Below, one piece after another: positions 21,660 to 30,766 of a stretch of DNA of 64,000 nucleotides. Every line of letters starts with the position of its first letter. Position 1 is the stretch's first letter. Source of the DNA: Candidatus Poribacteria bacterium (GTDB lineage Bacteria; Poribacteria; WGA-4E; WGA-3G). Position numbers and translations under genes: made by a program. The notes beneath the pieces are model-generated. The model saw nothing but the letters and a program-made list of their open reading frames with translations. It was not told where the DNA came from and searched no databases. The stretch lies in the NCBI GenBank assembly GCA_965198235.1, contig OZ240248.1, forward strand, positions 800,001 to 864,000, in the 5' to 3' direction.

Positions 21660-22571
21660 CTAATTTTGATTTTCAAGCACTTCCTGATAGGGACCTTGTA
21701 ATCCAAAGGCATTCACGGTCTTCAGCAGGTCCTGGGGGTTTCCCGTATCGTAACGCTGACCCGCGACGCGATAACCGTACATGCCTTCCCGTTTTATCAT
21801 CTCCGACATTGCATCCCGCAGTTGAATTTCTCCGTGCGTCACAATTTGGTGTCTGTAGTTGTAGTCCAGAATGTCAAAGAGGAGGGGGTTGAGGAGATCG
21901 ATGCCGAAGTTGCAGAGGTACTGTTGATTAGGGACTCCTTCAACGCGGAGGTGTGCCTGCGCGAACTCGACTGTCGGCTTTTCAGAAATTTGCGCTAATG
22001 TAAAGAGGCTTGGGGATTCAGCAGAAGGACTGCCGTGAACGATGCCGTTGAGCGAGAGCTCACTCTCATGGCAGAGGTCGAGACTCGTGACAGATTGCCC
22101 AACCTGTGTGTAGACTTCCACCAATTGTTTAGCGCAAGAGACACCTGACTCGGAAATATAGAGGTGATCCCCGAGCAGAATCATGACCGATTCACCAGCA
22201 GCGAAATCCCTTGCACAATAGATGGCGTGCCCTAATCCTTCCGGTTCTGCCTGAATAGCGAAATGCAATCGCTCGCCTATTTCTCCCAACCGATCCGCCT
22301 GCGCTGCTAATTCCGCTTTTTCGCGAATCGCATCCGCAACGCCACTGGAAAAATAGGTAGCAATCGGCTCAACCTGTTGAGGTTGGGCAACGAGACACAC
22401 CTCTTCCACACCTGCCGTTAAGGCTTCCTCAATAATCAACTGAATGATCGGTTTTGCGATACCATCCTGAGCGATGATTGGAAAAAGTGCTTTCGGCACG
22501 GCTTTCGTTGCAGGGAAAAGGCGTGTCCCGTATCCAGCAATGGGAATAATTGCCTTCTGAATGCGTTGCAT
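21660..22571 (-). CDS. galU: UTP-glucose-1-phosphate uridylyltransferase-like nucleotidyltransferase
   Basis: KAIIPIAGYGTRLFPATKAVPK, QAEPEGLGHAI, LGDH, EKP, GEIQL, RYDTG. Confidence 0.75.
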   Translation of the reverse strand: MQRIQKAIIPIAGYGTRLFPATKAVPKALFPIIAQDGIAKPIIQLIIEEALTAGVEEVCLVAQPQQVEPIATYFSSGVADAIREKAELAAQADRLGEIGERLHFAIQAEPEGLGHAIYCARDFAAGESVMILLGDHLYISESGVSCAKQLVEVYTQVGQSVTSLDLCHESELSLNGIVHGSPSAESPSLFTLAQISEKPTVEFAQAHLRVEGVPNQQYLCNFGIDLLNPLLFDILDYNYRHQIVTHGEIQLRDAMSEMIKREGMYGYRVAGQRYDTGNPQDLLKTVNAFGLQGPYQEVLENQN

Positions 22572-22578
22572 ACGGCTT

Positions 22579-23349
22579 CTAATTTCTCAATGCCTTGAGG
22601 TACCCCCAAGTGGCTGAGAGCTTGCCAGCAGGTTCCACAGGCAATTGATCGCTTTTGGACTCAAAATTCTGCTGAACCTCTTTCTCGTCAAGAATCCGAT
22701 CGTAAATGCGGACGTTATCTATCATACCGGTGAGGAATCTGCCATCGTGTTCACTGCCAATCCGACGCTCCTTCATATTTTCAGGCGTAGCTCCAGCGTT
22801 TCCTTCGTCAACTAACTCACCGTCAACATAGAGTTTAAGCTCGTTGTCTTTGGTATTGCTGGTGTAAATGATGTGATACCATCTATCCGCTTCAGCATTC
22901 GAACGAATTTTGACCCCGTCGTTCTTATGGACCTGGATCTCGTTTGCTGAAAATTTGAAATGGACCTTACCTGCCGTCCACAGCCACGTCGAAACAAGCC
23001 CTTGAGTGGGATTGAACTGCCCCTCAAGTGCATAGCACTCAATAGACACAAATTCAAAGTCACCCATATCGGGGATTTCAACGTAGTTGTCGGGTTTCCC
23101 TTCAAATTCCATCGCTTCCCCCGTGCCATCTGTCGCCCCTTCGACAAATTTGAGTTTACCGACGAGTTCTGCATCATTTTTGCCAAGGGCATCTTTGACA
23201 ACCTTGCCATCCAGATCCGCTTCATTGAGCGTATATATAGCGACAAGCCCATCTGTCACAAAATCTTGCGCATCAGCGGCACTAACATACCACAGCGTGG
23301 TAAGGAGTACGCCGAGGATGCAAATCGCTCTTCTATCCTTCAGATTCAT
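22579..23349 (-). CDS. Secreted LamG-like jellyroll protein with C-terminal PVEPAGKLSATWGYLK motif
   Basis: Signal peptide, WYHIIYT...KLYVDG, GMIDNVRIYDRIL. Confidence 0.85.
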   Translation of the reverse strand: MNLKDRRAICILGVLLTTLWYVSAADAQDFVTDGLVAIYTLNEADLDGKVVKDALGKNDAELVGKLKFVEGATDGTGEAMEFEGKPDNYVEIPDMGDFEFVSIECYALEGQFNPTQGLVSTWLWTAGKVHFKFSANEIQVHKNDGVKIRSNAEADRWYHIIYTSNTKDNELKLYVDGELVDEGNAGATPENMKERRIGSEHDGRFLTGMIDNVRIYDRILDEKEVQQNFESKSDQLPVEPAGKLSATWGYLKALRN

Positions 23350-23431
23350 TTGTCTTACTCCTTTCGGTTCCAGAAATTAGGTTTCGTAAAAACTTTCATA
23401 CATTCTATCTTATAGGTTTGGGTTTGTCAAG

Positions 23432-24457
23432 TCAATTTATCTGTGTGTCTGGCGGTATTGGCACCTTCAATTTACGTTCAAGAGTGAGATTGTCCTCATA
23501 AATGGTTTTGATTAACTCCTCAATATCAGGTTCCTGGACAGATATGTCTACAATCTTGAATTTCTGGAGAATTGCACCGACGAGATCTGCTGTGCTAATC
23601 TCCTCTGGAGAGAAGCGATACTGCACGCGAGCACCTTCCCGATAGATAATGTGCGCGTTGGGAATACTGATGTCTGGATAGACTTCGGCGTAATCAACAC
23701 TCAAAAGCCGCTCTGTTGAAAGCAACCGCCGAAGTGTGGTAAGTTCCCCATCAAAACGGAGACGCGCGTTGTCTATGAGAATGACGCGCTTGCATAATTT
23801 TTCAACATCGTTCAAATCGTGTGTTGTCAACACGACCGTTACCTCTCGTTCAGCGTTAATTTGCTGGATAAACTGGCGGATACGCGCCTTGGCGACGACA
23901 TCCAAACCGATCGTCGGTTCATCAAGAAACAGAACATCCGGATTGTGGAGCAGTGCAGCAGCGATGTCGGCACGCATCCGTTGACCGAGACTCAACTGAC
24001 GAACAGGGGTCTGGAAAAAATCGCCAAGACTGAGCAATTCGTTAAACATCTCGACGTTGTAGCGATATTGCGCCTCTGGAATCCGATAAATACGTTGTAA
24101 GAGTTCAAATGACTCTTGAACGGGTAAATCGAACCACAGATGTGATCTTTGTCCAAACACGACCCCAATGTGTTTGGCGTTCTCCTTCCGCTGACGATGT
24201 GGGATATATCCATTTACAGTTACGCTACCTGACGAAGGCACCAAAATACCAGTCAACATCTTGATAGTCGTTGACTTTCCGGCACCGTTCGGTCCTAAAT
24301 ATCCTACAATTTCGCCACGCTTTACCGTGAATGAAATCCTGTCCACCGCTTGGACAATGCGGTGTCTGCGAGAAAAGAGGTTCACAAAACTCCCGAAAAA
24401 TCCTTTTCGGTGATGATAAACCTTGAAAATTTTGCTAAGGTTGTCAACTTCGATCAT
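23432..24457 (-). CDS. ABC-2 type transporter ATP-binding protein
   Basis: GPNGAGKST, VVFGQRS, LSLGQRMR, LDEPTIGLD. Confidence 0.95.
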   Translation of the reverse strand: MIEVDNLSKIFKVYHHRKGFFGSFVNLFSRRHRIVQAVDRISFTVKRGEIVGYLGPNGAGKSTTIKMLTGILVPSSGSVTVNGYIPHRQRKENAKHIGVVFGQRSHLWFDLPVQESFELLQRIYRIPEAQYRYNVEMFNELLSLGDFFQTPVRQLSLGQRMRADIAAALLHNPDVLFLDEPTIGLDVVAKARIRQFIQQINAEREVTVVLTTHDLNDVEKLCKRVILIDNARLRFDGELTTLRRLLSTERLLSVDYAEVYPDISIPNAHIIYREGARVQYRFSPEEISTADLVGAILQKFKIVDISVQEPDIEELIKTIYEDNLTLERKLKVPIPPDTQIN

Positions 24458-24496
24458 GGATTCTCCTTATGCGCGCACCTTGGGACTACAGATAAA

Positions 24497-25297
24497 TCAG
24501 TGTCCTGTGCTTTGATAGCGTAAAACGCCCCATCTCCAAAATAGCATGGTGCTGCCAAGAAAGAGGAAACCCGCAAAAGGTGCTAATTGCACGCCAATCG
24601 GTGAGGCTCCTGACGAGCCAATTTTTCCGAGCAGAAAAAGGGACGGAAAATAGTTAACACACGCCAACGGAACAATAAAGGTGAAAAAATGCCGAAACCA
24701 CCATCGATAAATGGAAAACGGGTAACTTCCCATGAAAACGCCGCCGTTCGTGAAGATATTAATAATCTCAATGGATTGGATAGTCCAAAAGCAACTCGTC
24801 GCGCCGATTACGAAGAGACCTACAAAAAAACAGGTTCCGCTTACCAGCGAAATCAACAGATACCCCACCTTGGTAAGTGACCAAGCTACAATCAACTGCG
24901 AATTGGCAATAAGAAACACAACTAAGGCTTGCGCTATCCTCCCTATCCGACGAAGTAGAAATTCATGCGCAAATACTTGATAAAAAGTGCCGAGGGGTCG
25001 GATGAGGACCGTATCAAAGTCTCCGCGCACAATATTTCTCTGAAAAACATCAAAACCCCTCCCAATCATCTCAGCAACAGCAAAGCAGATGCCAATCATG
25101 CCGTAGAGGAACCCGACTTCCCATAGCCCCCATCCGGCTAACTCTTTGAAACGGTTAAAGAGAAGGGCAATCATGAAAAAGTCAATGACAGAGATGCTCG
25201 CTTGAGCAAACAGATCAAAGACAAACGAGAGCCGGTATTCCATCTGCGATCGGATGCGGAGTTTGACAAAATGGAAGTAGAGTGAAAGATGGTGCAT
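24497..25297 (-). CDS. ABC-2 family permease (DUF990-like)
   Basis: Likely start MHHLSLYF at 25297; SQMEYR, GDFDTVLIRP, YPFSIY, RYQSTG. Confidence 0.85.
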   Translation of the reverse strand: MHHLSLYFHFVKLRIRSQMEYRLSFVFDLFAQASISVIDFFMIALLFNRFKELAGWGLWEVGFLYGMIGICFAVAEMIGRGFDVFQRNIVRGDFDTVLIRPLGTFYQVFAHEFLLRRIGRIAQALVVFLIANSQLIVAWSLTKVGYLLISLVSGTCFFVGLFVIGATSCFWTIQSIEIINIFTNGGVFMGSYPFSIYRWWFRHFFTFIVPLACVNYFPSLFLLGKIGSSGASPIGVQLAPFAGFLFLGSTMLFWRWGVLRYQSTGH

Positions 25298-25314
25298 TTT
25301 CTTGAAAATACCTA

Positions 25315-26130
25315 TTAGCCACCCTGTATGACAAGTCGGGAAAACCCACGGGTTAAAAGAAAACGTCCCAGCCCAAGAAAAAAGAGGCTCCACACCATCT
25401 GTTTGCCTATAGCGATCCAGGCCTCAACACCTGTAATCTTGCCCAAATAGATACTAAACGGAATGTCAATCAAACCTTCAAACGGCAGCCATCTGGCGAT
25501 GTATTCCAACCATTCGGGCCATAGCGCAATCGGAACTAACATTCCAGAAAATAGCATAATTACGGAACCAGACATTCCAGAAATTCCTGTTGTATCTAAA
25601 GTCCAGAACGCACTGCTAAAAATTGTTATTGTGATCGCAGTACTCATGAAAATAGCGAGCATCATTGAAACTGTAAACGCCATCAAGAGGGTGGGCTGCT
25701 GCGGAATTGCAACCTTGAAGAAGAAAATGCTGATAAGAAAGGTCGGAAATCCCCGCATGAGTAAGTAATAGCAGGCTCTACCGCACTCATCGGCAAACCA
25801 ATATGCTTGGAAGTCAACAGGTTTGGTTAATTGGAGTGCAACGCTGCCGTCTTTAATCGCGTTCGTAACTTCAGAGCGAGTTCCCCAAAACGGCATGAGC
25901 ATGAAAGAAACCTGACAAAGAACGAAATAGGTGATAATTTCATCCAGATTAAGGGGTTGAGGACCGGCACGCGCTGCGTAGAAAGCAGTATAGACAAAGA
26001 TATGCACCAGCAGAAAGAAGAAATTGGTCGTCAAACCTGCGATGTTTGCAACCCGATATTGCATCCGCCTCTGAAACGATTTCTTTGTAAATGCCAGATA
26101 GACCTGGAACGCCAAATAGAAGGATTCCAT
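25315..26130 (-). CDS. ABC-2 family permease (DUF990-like)
   Basis: Likely start MESFY at 26130; IKDGSVALQLTKP, FSGMLVPI, ends VIQGG. Confidence 0.85.
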   Translation of the reverse strand: MESFYLAFQVYLAFTKKSFQRRMQYRVANIAGLTTNFFFLLVHIFVYTAFYAARAGPQPLNLDEIITYFVLCQVSFMLMPFWGTRSEVTNAIKDGSVALQLTKPVDFQAYWFADECGRACYYLLMRGFPTFLISIFFFKVAIPQQPTLLMAFTVSMMLAIFMSTAITITIFSSAFWTLDTTGISGMSGSVIMLFSGMLVPIALWPEWLEYIARWLPFEGLIDIPFSIYLGKITGVEAWIAIGKQMVWSLFFLGLGRFLLTRGFSRLVIQGG

Positions 26131-26337
26131 TTTTTTAACTATTGAATATGGGCGTTGTTTCACTTCGTTCCACAACGGTGTTTGATGAATTTAGAAACCT
26201 TTGAGCACCCGGAGAAGGTTGGACTTTACCGAAAACCACTGCGGAATGAAATTATGTTTCCTTAAATGGCATAATTTTGCTTCGCAGTGAGAATGCTTTA
26301 CACTTGGAGCAGTGATCAGATTTACATAGTTAGAAAA
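26131..26337. repeat. Family A element, copy 3
   Basis: TTTTTTAACTAT...ATAGTTAGAAAA. Hairpins cgttgt/acaacg and cactgc/gcagtg. Confidence 0.8.
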
Positions 26338-26525
26338 CTTAAATCTGCGATAGGCACAGATCGTCCCTTTTCTGCGGATTCGTAGATACCGTCAAGCATC
26401 TGCATCAGCATGATACCCTGTTCTGCTGAGGAGATAGGCTCTTTGCCATAACCTTTGAGATGTTGCATCCCGGGCCAACCGAGCCCGACGACAGCCGTGC
26501 GAACTTTCGTTGTTCGATTTGACAC
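26322..26525 (-). pseudogene. Gfo/Idh/MocA oxidoreductase reduced to fused N- and C-termini
   Basis: KVRTAVVGLGWPGMQHLKGY (Rossmann start) joined directly to EPISSAEQGIMLMQMLDGIYESAEKGRSV (family C-terminus); only 67 aa. Confidence 0.75.
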
Positions 26526-26547
26526 AGCACATGCTCCTTTACTTATT

Positions 26548-26685
26548 GGTTTCCATCAGCCTGCTTCGCAGCGAGAACCGTCGGAAACTGTCAGCAAGAG
26601 GTTTTGTGGCAGGTCAGAACGTTCGCAACTACCACATGCTCTACTGACTGTTGATGCTTTCCGATAGTCAACAGCCAATGGCAAG
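26548..26685. repeat. Heptamer-rich imperfect palindrome (family B)
   Basis: ctgtcagcaagaggttttgtgg...ccacatgctctactgactg...gatagtcaacagccaa. Confidence 0.5.
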
Positions 26686-26751
26686 CCAAAATTTTCTATT
26701 CAAATTCTCATAAACTTTGATTTTGCGAGGGAGGTGCGAAATTATGCGATT

Positions 26752-27988
26752 TTAGTCATGGCGCAGTGCCTCTGTTGGGGTAAGACCTGCGGCTTTGTTC
26801 GCTGGATAGAGTCCAAAAAATATGCCGATTAATGCCGAGACGCTAAACGCGATCAAAGCGGCTTGGACAGAAACAACAGCGGGCCAACTCGCCTTCATGA
26901 GTTGTGAAATAACCAAACCGGAAACAGAGGCGAGACTGCTTCCGATGAAAATGCCAATGAGCCCACCGCAAATGCTCAAAACGATGGCTTCAATGAGGAA
27001 TTGGATCAGGATGTCGCGACGTTTTGCACCAAGGGCTTTGCGCAAGCCGATTTCACGGGTTCTCTCTGTTACGGAGACTAACATAATATTCATGATTCCA
27101 ATGCCGCCAACGAACAAGGCAACACTCGCAACGCCACCCTAAGAGTATTTGAACAATCCGGCTGACGTTACCTACCTGTTTTATAATCTCTTTAGCGGTG
27201 AAGAATTCAAAATATTTTTCATCTCCGTGTTGCTGTCGCATCGCAATTTTGATTTCAGCGACGGCTTGTTCGACCTTTTCATAACTCTCAGCTTGTGCCC
27301 ACAAGAAGATCCAGCCTTTCCGCTGTCCGATAAAACGAATTTCCATTGTGGTAAGGGGGACAATCACCCGATTATCCCAACCCTCGCTCGCCATACTATT
27401 GCCCTTCTCCTCCATGACTCCAATGACCGTAAATCGCTCCGTGCCAACTCTGAGTTCAAGTCCAATCGGATCCGCCATCTCAAACAGGTCTTTCCGGACT
27501 TCAGAACCGATGACACAGACGGGTTCTCTCCGTTCCATGTCGCTCTGCGTAATAAATCTGCCGGCTTGAATGTACCAGTTATTAACCTCTTCATAGAAAG
27601 GTGTAACACCTTCGATTTCAAGCGACTGATTAACATGCTTGTGCGATACAGTGAAATTCATCTTTGACAGTGCTGTAGCTGCTTTAAGAGAGGGACAATT
27701 CTCAAGGAGAAAGTCCAGATCTTCGTATTCAATATACTCTGGATGCTTATTTTCGACATACGAGCCATCCTCTCTACGAAACGCCTCTTTCCGAAAGCAG
27801 ACGATCAGTCCTGCGCCGCCGATCCGTTCCAACTCAGCGAGCATAAGATGTTCTGCACCGCCGCCAACAGAAACGACAGCCACAACCGCTGCGATACCGA
27901 TGATAATTCCGAGGGTTGTGAGCACAGAACGTAACTTGTTACGTTGTAGTGCTGTCAAGCCGACAGTAACCCCTTGTGTAATCTGCAT
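26752..27988 (-). pseudogene. MacB/YknZ-like ABC permease with a single +1 frameshift
   Basis: RNKLRSVLTTLGIIIGIAAVV through QILL, then an extra G (TTA GGG T GGC GTT, ~27138) shifts away from GGVASVALFVGGIGIMNIMLVSVTERTREIG. Confidence 0.85.
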
Positions 27989-27994
27989 TTTTTA

Positions 27995-28144
27995 TTTTTT
28001 AAACTATTAACTCTGGGCGTTGCTCCATTACATTCCGTAACGGTTTCTGGTAAAGTTAGAAACCTTTGAATCCTTGGGATGTGTTGGTATTAACCGAAAA
28101 CCGCCATGAAATGGAATGGCACCCAGATTCCCATAGTTAGAAAA
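27995..28144. repeat. Family A element, copy 4
   Basis: TTTTTTAAACTAT...ATAGTTAGAAAA. Hairpins cgttgc/gtaacg and gccat-gaaatgga-atggc. Confidence 0.8.
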
Positions 28145-28164
28145 TTTCGATGGCCAATACGCCA

Positions 28165-29238
28165 TTACTCCGGTTTCATGGATTCGCCGTGTAACAAAAA
28201 CGCACGGATGTCGTAACGCCCTGGGCGTTCAATAGGCAAATCTTTGCTTTCAATCATCAAATCCAGCGGATTGGCATGCGTCCGCAGCGGTAATTGGACG
28301 ACTTCGTGCATACGTGCGGATTCATAGATTGCCATTATAATTTCAACAGCAGCACGCCCATGTTTTGCCTCACCACGGTGTTCAGGACCGCCCTCGATCC
28401 ATTCAACCAGTTCGGTTGCTTGTGCGACGTGCTGGTCTCTTCCATCAGAGGGACGTTCTTCCCAGTCAGCAGCTTTATTGTTGAGGAGACGGACGCGTCC
28501 CTCCATTACATCTGCGATACCATCTGTCCCATAGACGATGCCACCTTGATAGTTCGGCCTACCAATTTCCTGCAAGAGCATACCGATGCAACCGTTTGAA
28601 AAACCGATAATTCCAGCACTCCGATCCTCAATCTGAATATCTCGCTCGTAACGTTCCGTTTTTCGTTCAACGTTACCGATAACCCATTGCGGATCCGGGT
28701 CGCCGATGACATAGCGCATCATATCAAAGAGGTGTGAGCAGTCATTCAGTAACCCTTGACCACCGTGACAAACAATCTGTCGAGGTTCACCGATTGCCCC
28801 CTCAGCGATGAGGTTGCGGGCATCTGTCCATGCGGAATTGAAGCGGCGTTGATGCCCGATGACCACCTTGACACTACTTCGATTCGCAGCGATCAATATT
28901 TCGTCGCATTCCCCGAGACTTACACCCATCGGTTTTTCACAGAGTACTGCCATTGGACTTCGTGCACACGCTGCGATTGCCATTGGTGCATGGAGCTTAT
29001 GCCACGTCGCGATACTGACAATATCAAGGTTTTCGTTGTCCAGCATCTCGCGCGCATCCAAATAACAGTTTTCAGCGGCTACGCCGTAGGTGTCTGCAAA
29101 CTTATCAAGAGCTACTTGAACTGGATCGGCAAGTGCGACAATCTCTGTTTGCTCAACACCTTGATAGCCGCGGGCATGAGCATTGGCGATACCACCACAT
29201 CCGATAATTCCAACGCGATATTTAGATGCCATATTCAT
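28165..29238 (-). CDS. Gfo/Idh/MocA family oxidoreductase
   Basis: VGIIGCGGIANAH, CEKP, GHQRRF, AIYESAR. Confidence 0.92.
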   Translation of the reverse strand: MNMASKYRVGIIGCGGIANAHARGYQGVEQTEIVALADPVQVALDKFADTYGVAAENCYLDAREMLDNENLDIVSIATWHKLHAPMAIAACARSPMAVLCEKPMGVSLGECDEILIAANRSSVKVVIGHQRRFNSAWTDARNLIAEGAIGEPRQIVCHGGQGLLNDCSHLFDMMRYVIGDPDPQWVIGNVERKTERYERDIQIEDRSAGIIGFSNGCIGMLLQEIGRPNYQGGIVYGTDGIADVMEGRVRLLNNKAADWEERPSDGRDQHVAQATELVEWIEGGPEHRGEAKHGRAAVEIIMAIYESARMHEVVQLPLRTHANPLDLMIESKDLPIERPGRYDIRAFLLHGESMKPE

Positions 29239-29304
29239 ATTTCCTGTATTCTGCCCCTACACAGATTTCACCCCTACGGGGTTCAAAAAGGAATTGCTTG
29301 AAAT

Positions 29305-29363
29305 TGACCGGAAACCCGTGTGGAACGTAGTGGAACACGGCGCGAAGGCCGATCGTTTAAAAA
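29305..29363. repeat. Family A half-element
   Basis: ccgtgt-ggaacgtagtgga-acacgg followed by ATCGTTTAAAAA, which contains the stop codon of the Reeler gene. Confidence 0.6.
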
Positions 29364-30502
29364 TCTTCACCGAAATGCGAAGATACAAGAACTAAATCAA
29401 GGACACTTACTGTCCCATCACCGTTTACATCCCCTTTAAGGGCTTCTCCAGACTGACCGAATTCGCTCGCGACCAAAACTAAGTCTTGAATATTCACGGT
29501 CCCATCCGCATTGACATCCCAAGGTGTTGGGGGTGGAGGCGGCGTTTCTGGTGTCGGGGGTGGCGGCACTTCTATAGTCGTTGTGGTTGTGACTTCAGCA
29601 GTCATTGTGTCATCTGTCTTGGAAGTTGCTGTCACATTGATGTCGTAATCACCGGACGCTGTCAATAAGTCCCCCGCAACCGTCAATGTTACTTCTGCAT
29701 CTGCACCGGCTTCAAGTTCAACTGATCTGTCGCTGAGCGTGCCAAGCACACTGCCTTCAATGCCGACCTCTGCCGAGGCTTCAAGCGTTATCGTGTCCAT
29801 CATATTACCGGTATTCGTGACTTTGAGGGTATAACTCACACCTTCAACGGCATTCATTGTAGAGAGTGCTGTGTCCCCTACAATTTCCAAGGATACACCG
29901 ACAACCGTGGGGATCGGCGGTACTGATTCCGCCTGTGCTGTGTAGATATAGTCCCCTGTGGGCCCACCATCACCATTGGCGGCGTTTCCGGCAGTGTAGA
30001 ACGTAATGGGTCCTATATCAGCATCAGGGGCAGTCCATTTAAGGGTCCACTGGTTCTCATCATCTGTTCCTTGCGCGCTTCCCGCAGCAGTGTGCATAAT
30101 ATATTGCTTACTGTTCTTGTCCTTCAACTGCGTATTTGCCACATCTGCGGCTTCAAAGGAGCCAGCGCGTGCACCATTGGCATCCAGTGCAGTCATTTCA
30201 AATCCCCAACGGCTTTGCCCGGCACGTGCAAGACTGACAACAATCTCATAAACCTGACTCGACTCATAGGTTTCAGGGATTGCCAGCATCAATGAACCAT
30301 CTGTAACATTGAGTTCATTGGCGGCATGACAACCTACATCTGCACACGTGCCTTCATTGGGGGCTCCTGTCTTCTCCTCCGGCGGTCCGAAAGAGAAGGC
30401 GAATACACTACCAGTGCTCGCAGCAAAGAGAAGGACAAGCAACGCACAAACAGATAAGATATTTTTTAGATAACTCAAAAAACTTCTCCCTTGTGTACAC
30501 AT
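29357..30502 (-). CDS. Secreted Reeler-like (choice-of-anchor V type) protein with Ig-like domain, Pro linker and C-terminal dockerin
   Basis: Signal peptide; TGAPNEGTCADVGCH, RWGFEMTA, WTAPDADIGPITFYTAGNAANG; dockerin WDVNADGTVNIQDLVLV / GDVNGDGTVSVLDLVLV. Start position uncertain. Confidence 0.8.
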   Translation of the reverse strand: MCTQGRSFLSYLKNILSVCALLVLLFAASTGSVFAFSFGPPEEKTGAPNEGTCADVGCHAANELNVTDGSLMLAIPETYESSQVYEIVVSLARAGQSRWGFEMTALDANGARAGSFEAADVANTQLKDKNSKQYIMHTAAGSAQGTDDENQWTLKWTAPDADIGPITFYTAGNAANGDGGPTGDYIYTAQAESVPPIPTVVGVSLEIVGDTALSTMNAVEGVSYTLKVTNTGNMMDTITLEASAEVGIEGSVLGTLSDRSVELEAGADAEVTLTVAGDLLTASGDYDINVTATSKTDDTMTAEVTTTTTIEVPPPPTPETPPPPPTPWDVNADGTVNIQDLVLVASEFGQSGEALKGDVNGDGTVSVLDLVLVSSHFGEDF

Positions 30503-30514
30503 TAAATGTACACA

Positions 30515-30592
30515 TAAAAAAACACCCCAACGCCGACTGCTAATCGGCGTTGATTCGCGGTTAGCGCAACCGGCAAATTGGGGCGTTTTATT
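30515..30592. terminator. Terminator-like stem with a branched loop
   Basis: aaaacaccccaa...ttggggcgtttt enclosing hairpins cgccga/tcggcg and ggtt/aacc; A-tract on one side and T-tract on the other. Confidence 0.4.
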
Positions 30593-30598
30593 TTTCAA

Positions 30599-30754
30599 TT
30601 TTTTAACTATGTGCCTCTGAGCTACCCTCCATTACATTTCGGGCAGATTTCCGGTGCAATTCACACGGGCGGGTCCGCTGAAACCCTTTCGTACTTAACC
30701 AGAAACCATCGTGAAACGAAGTGGAACGATGCTCAGACTCTAATCGTTAAAAAA
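30599..30754. repeat. Family A element, copy 5
   Basis: TTTTTTAACTAT...ATCGTTAAAAAA. Hairpins ctaccc/gggcag and catcgt-gaaacgaagtgga-acgatg. Confidence 0.8.
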
Positions 30755-30766
30755 CCGCTGCTATAC

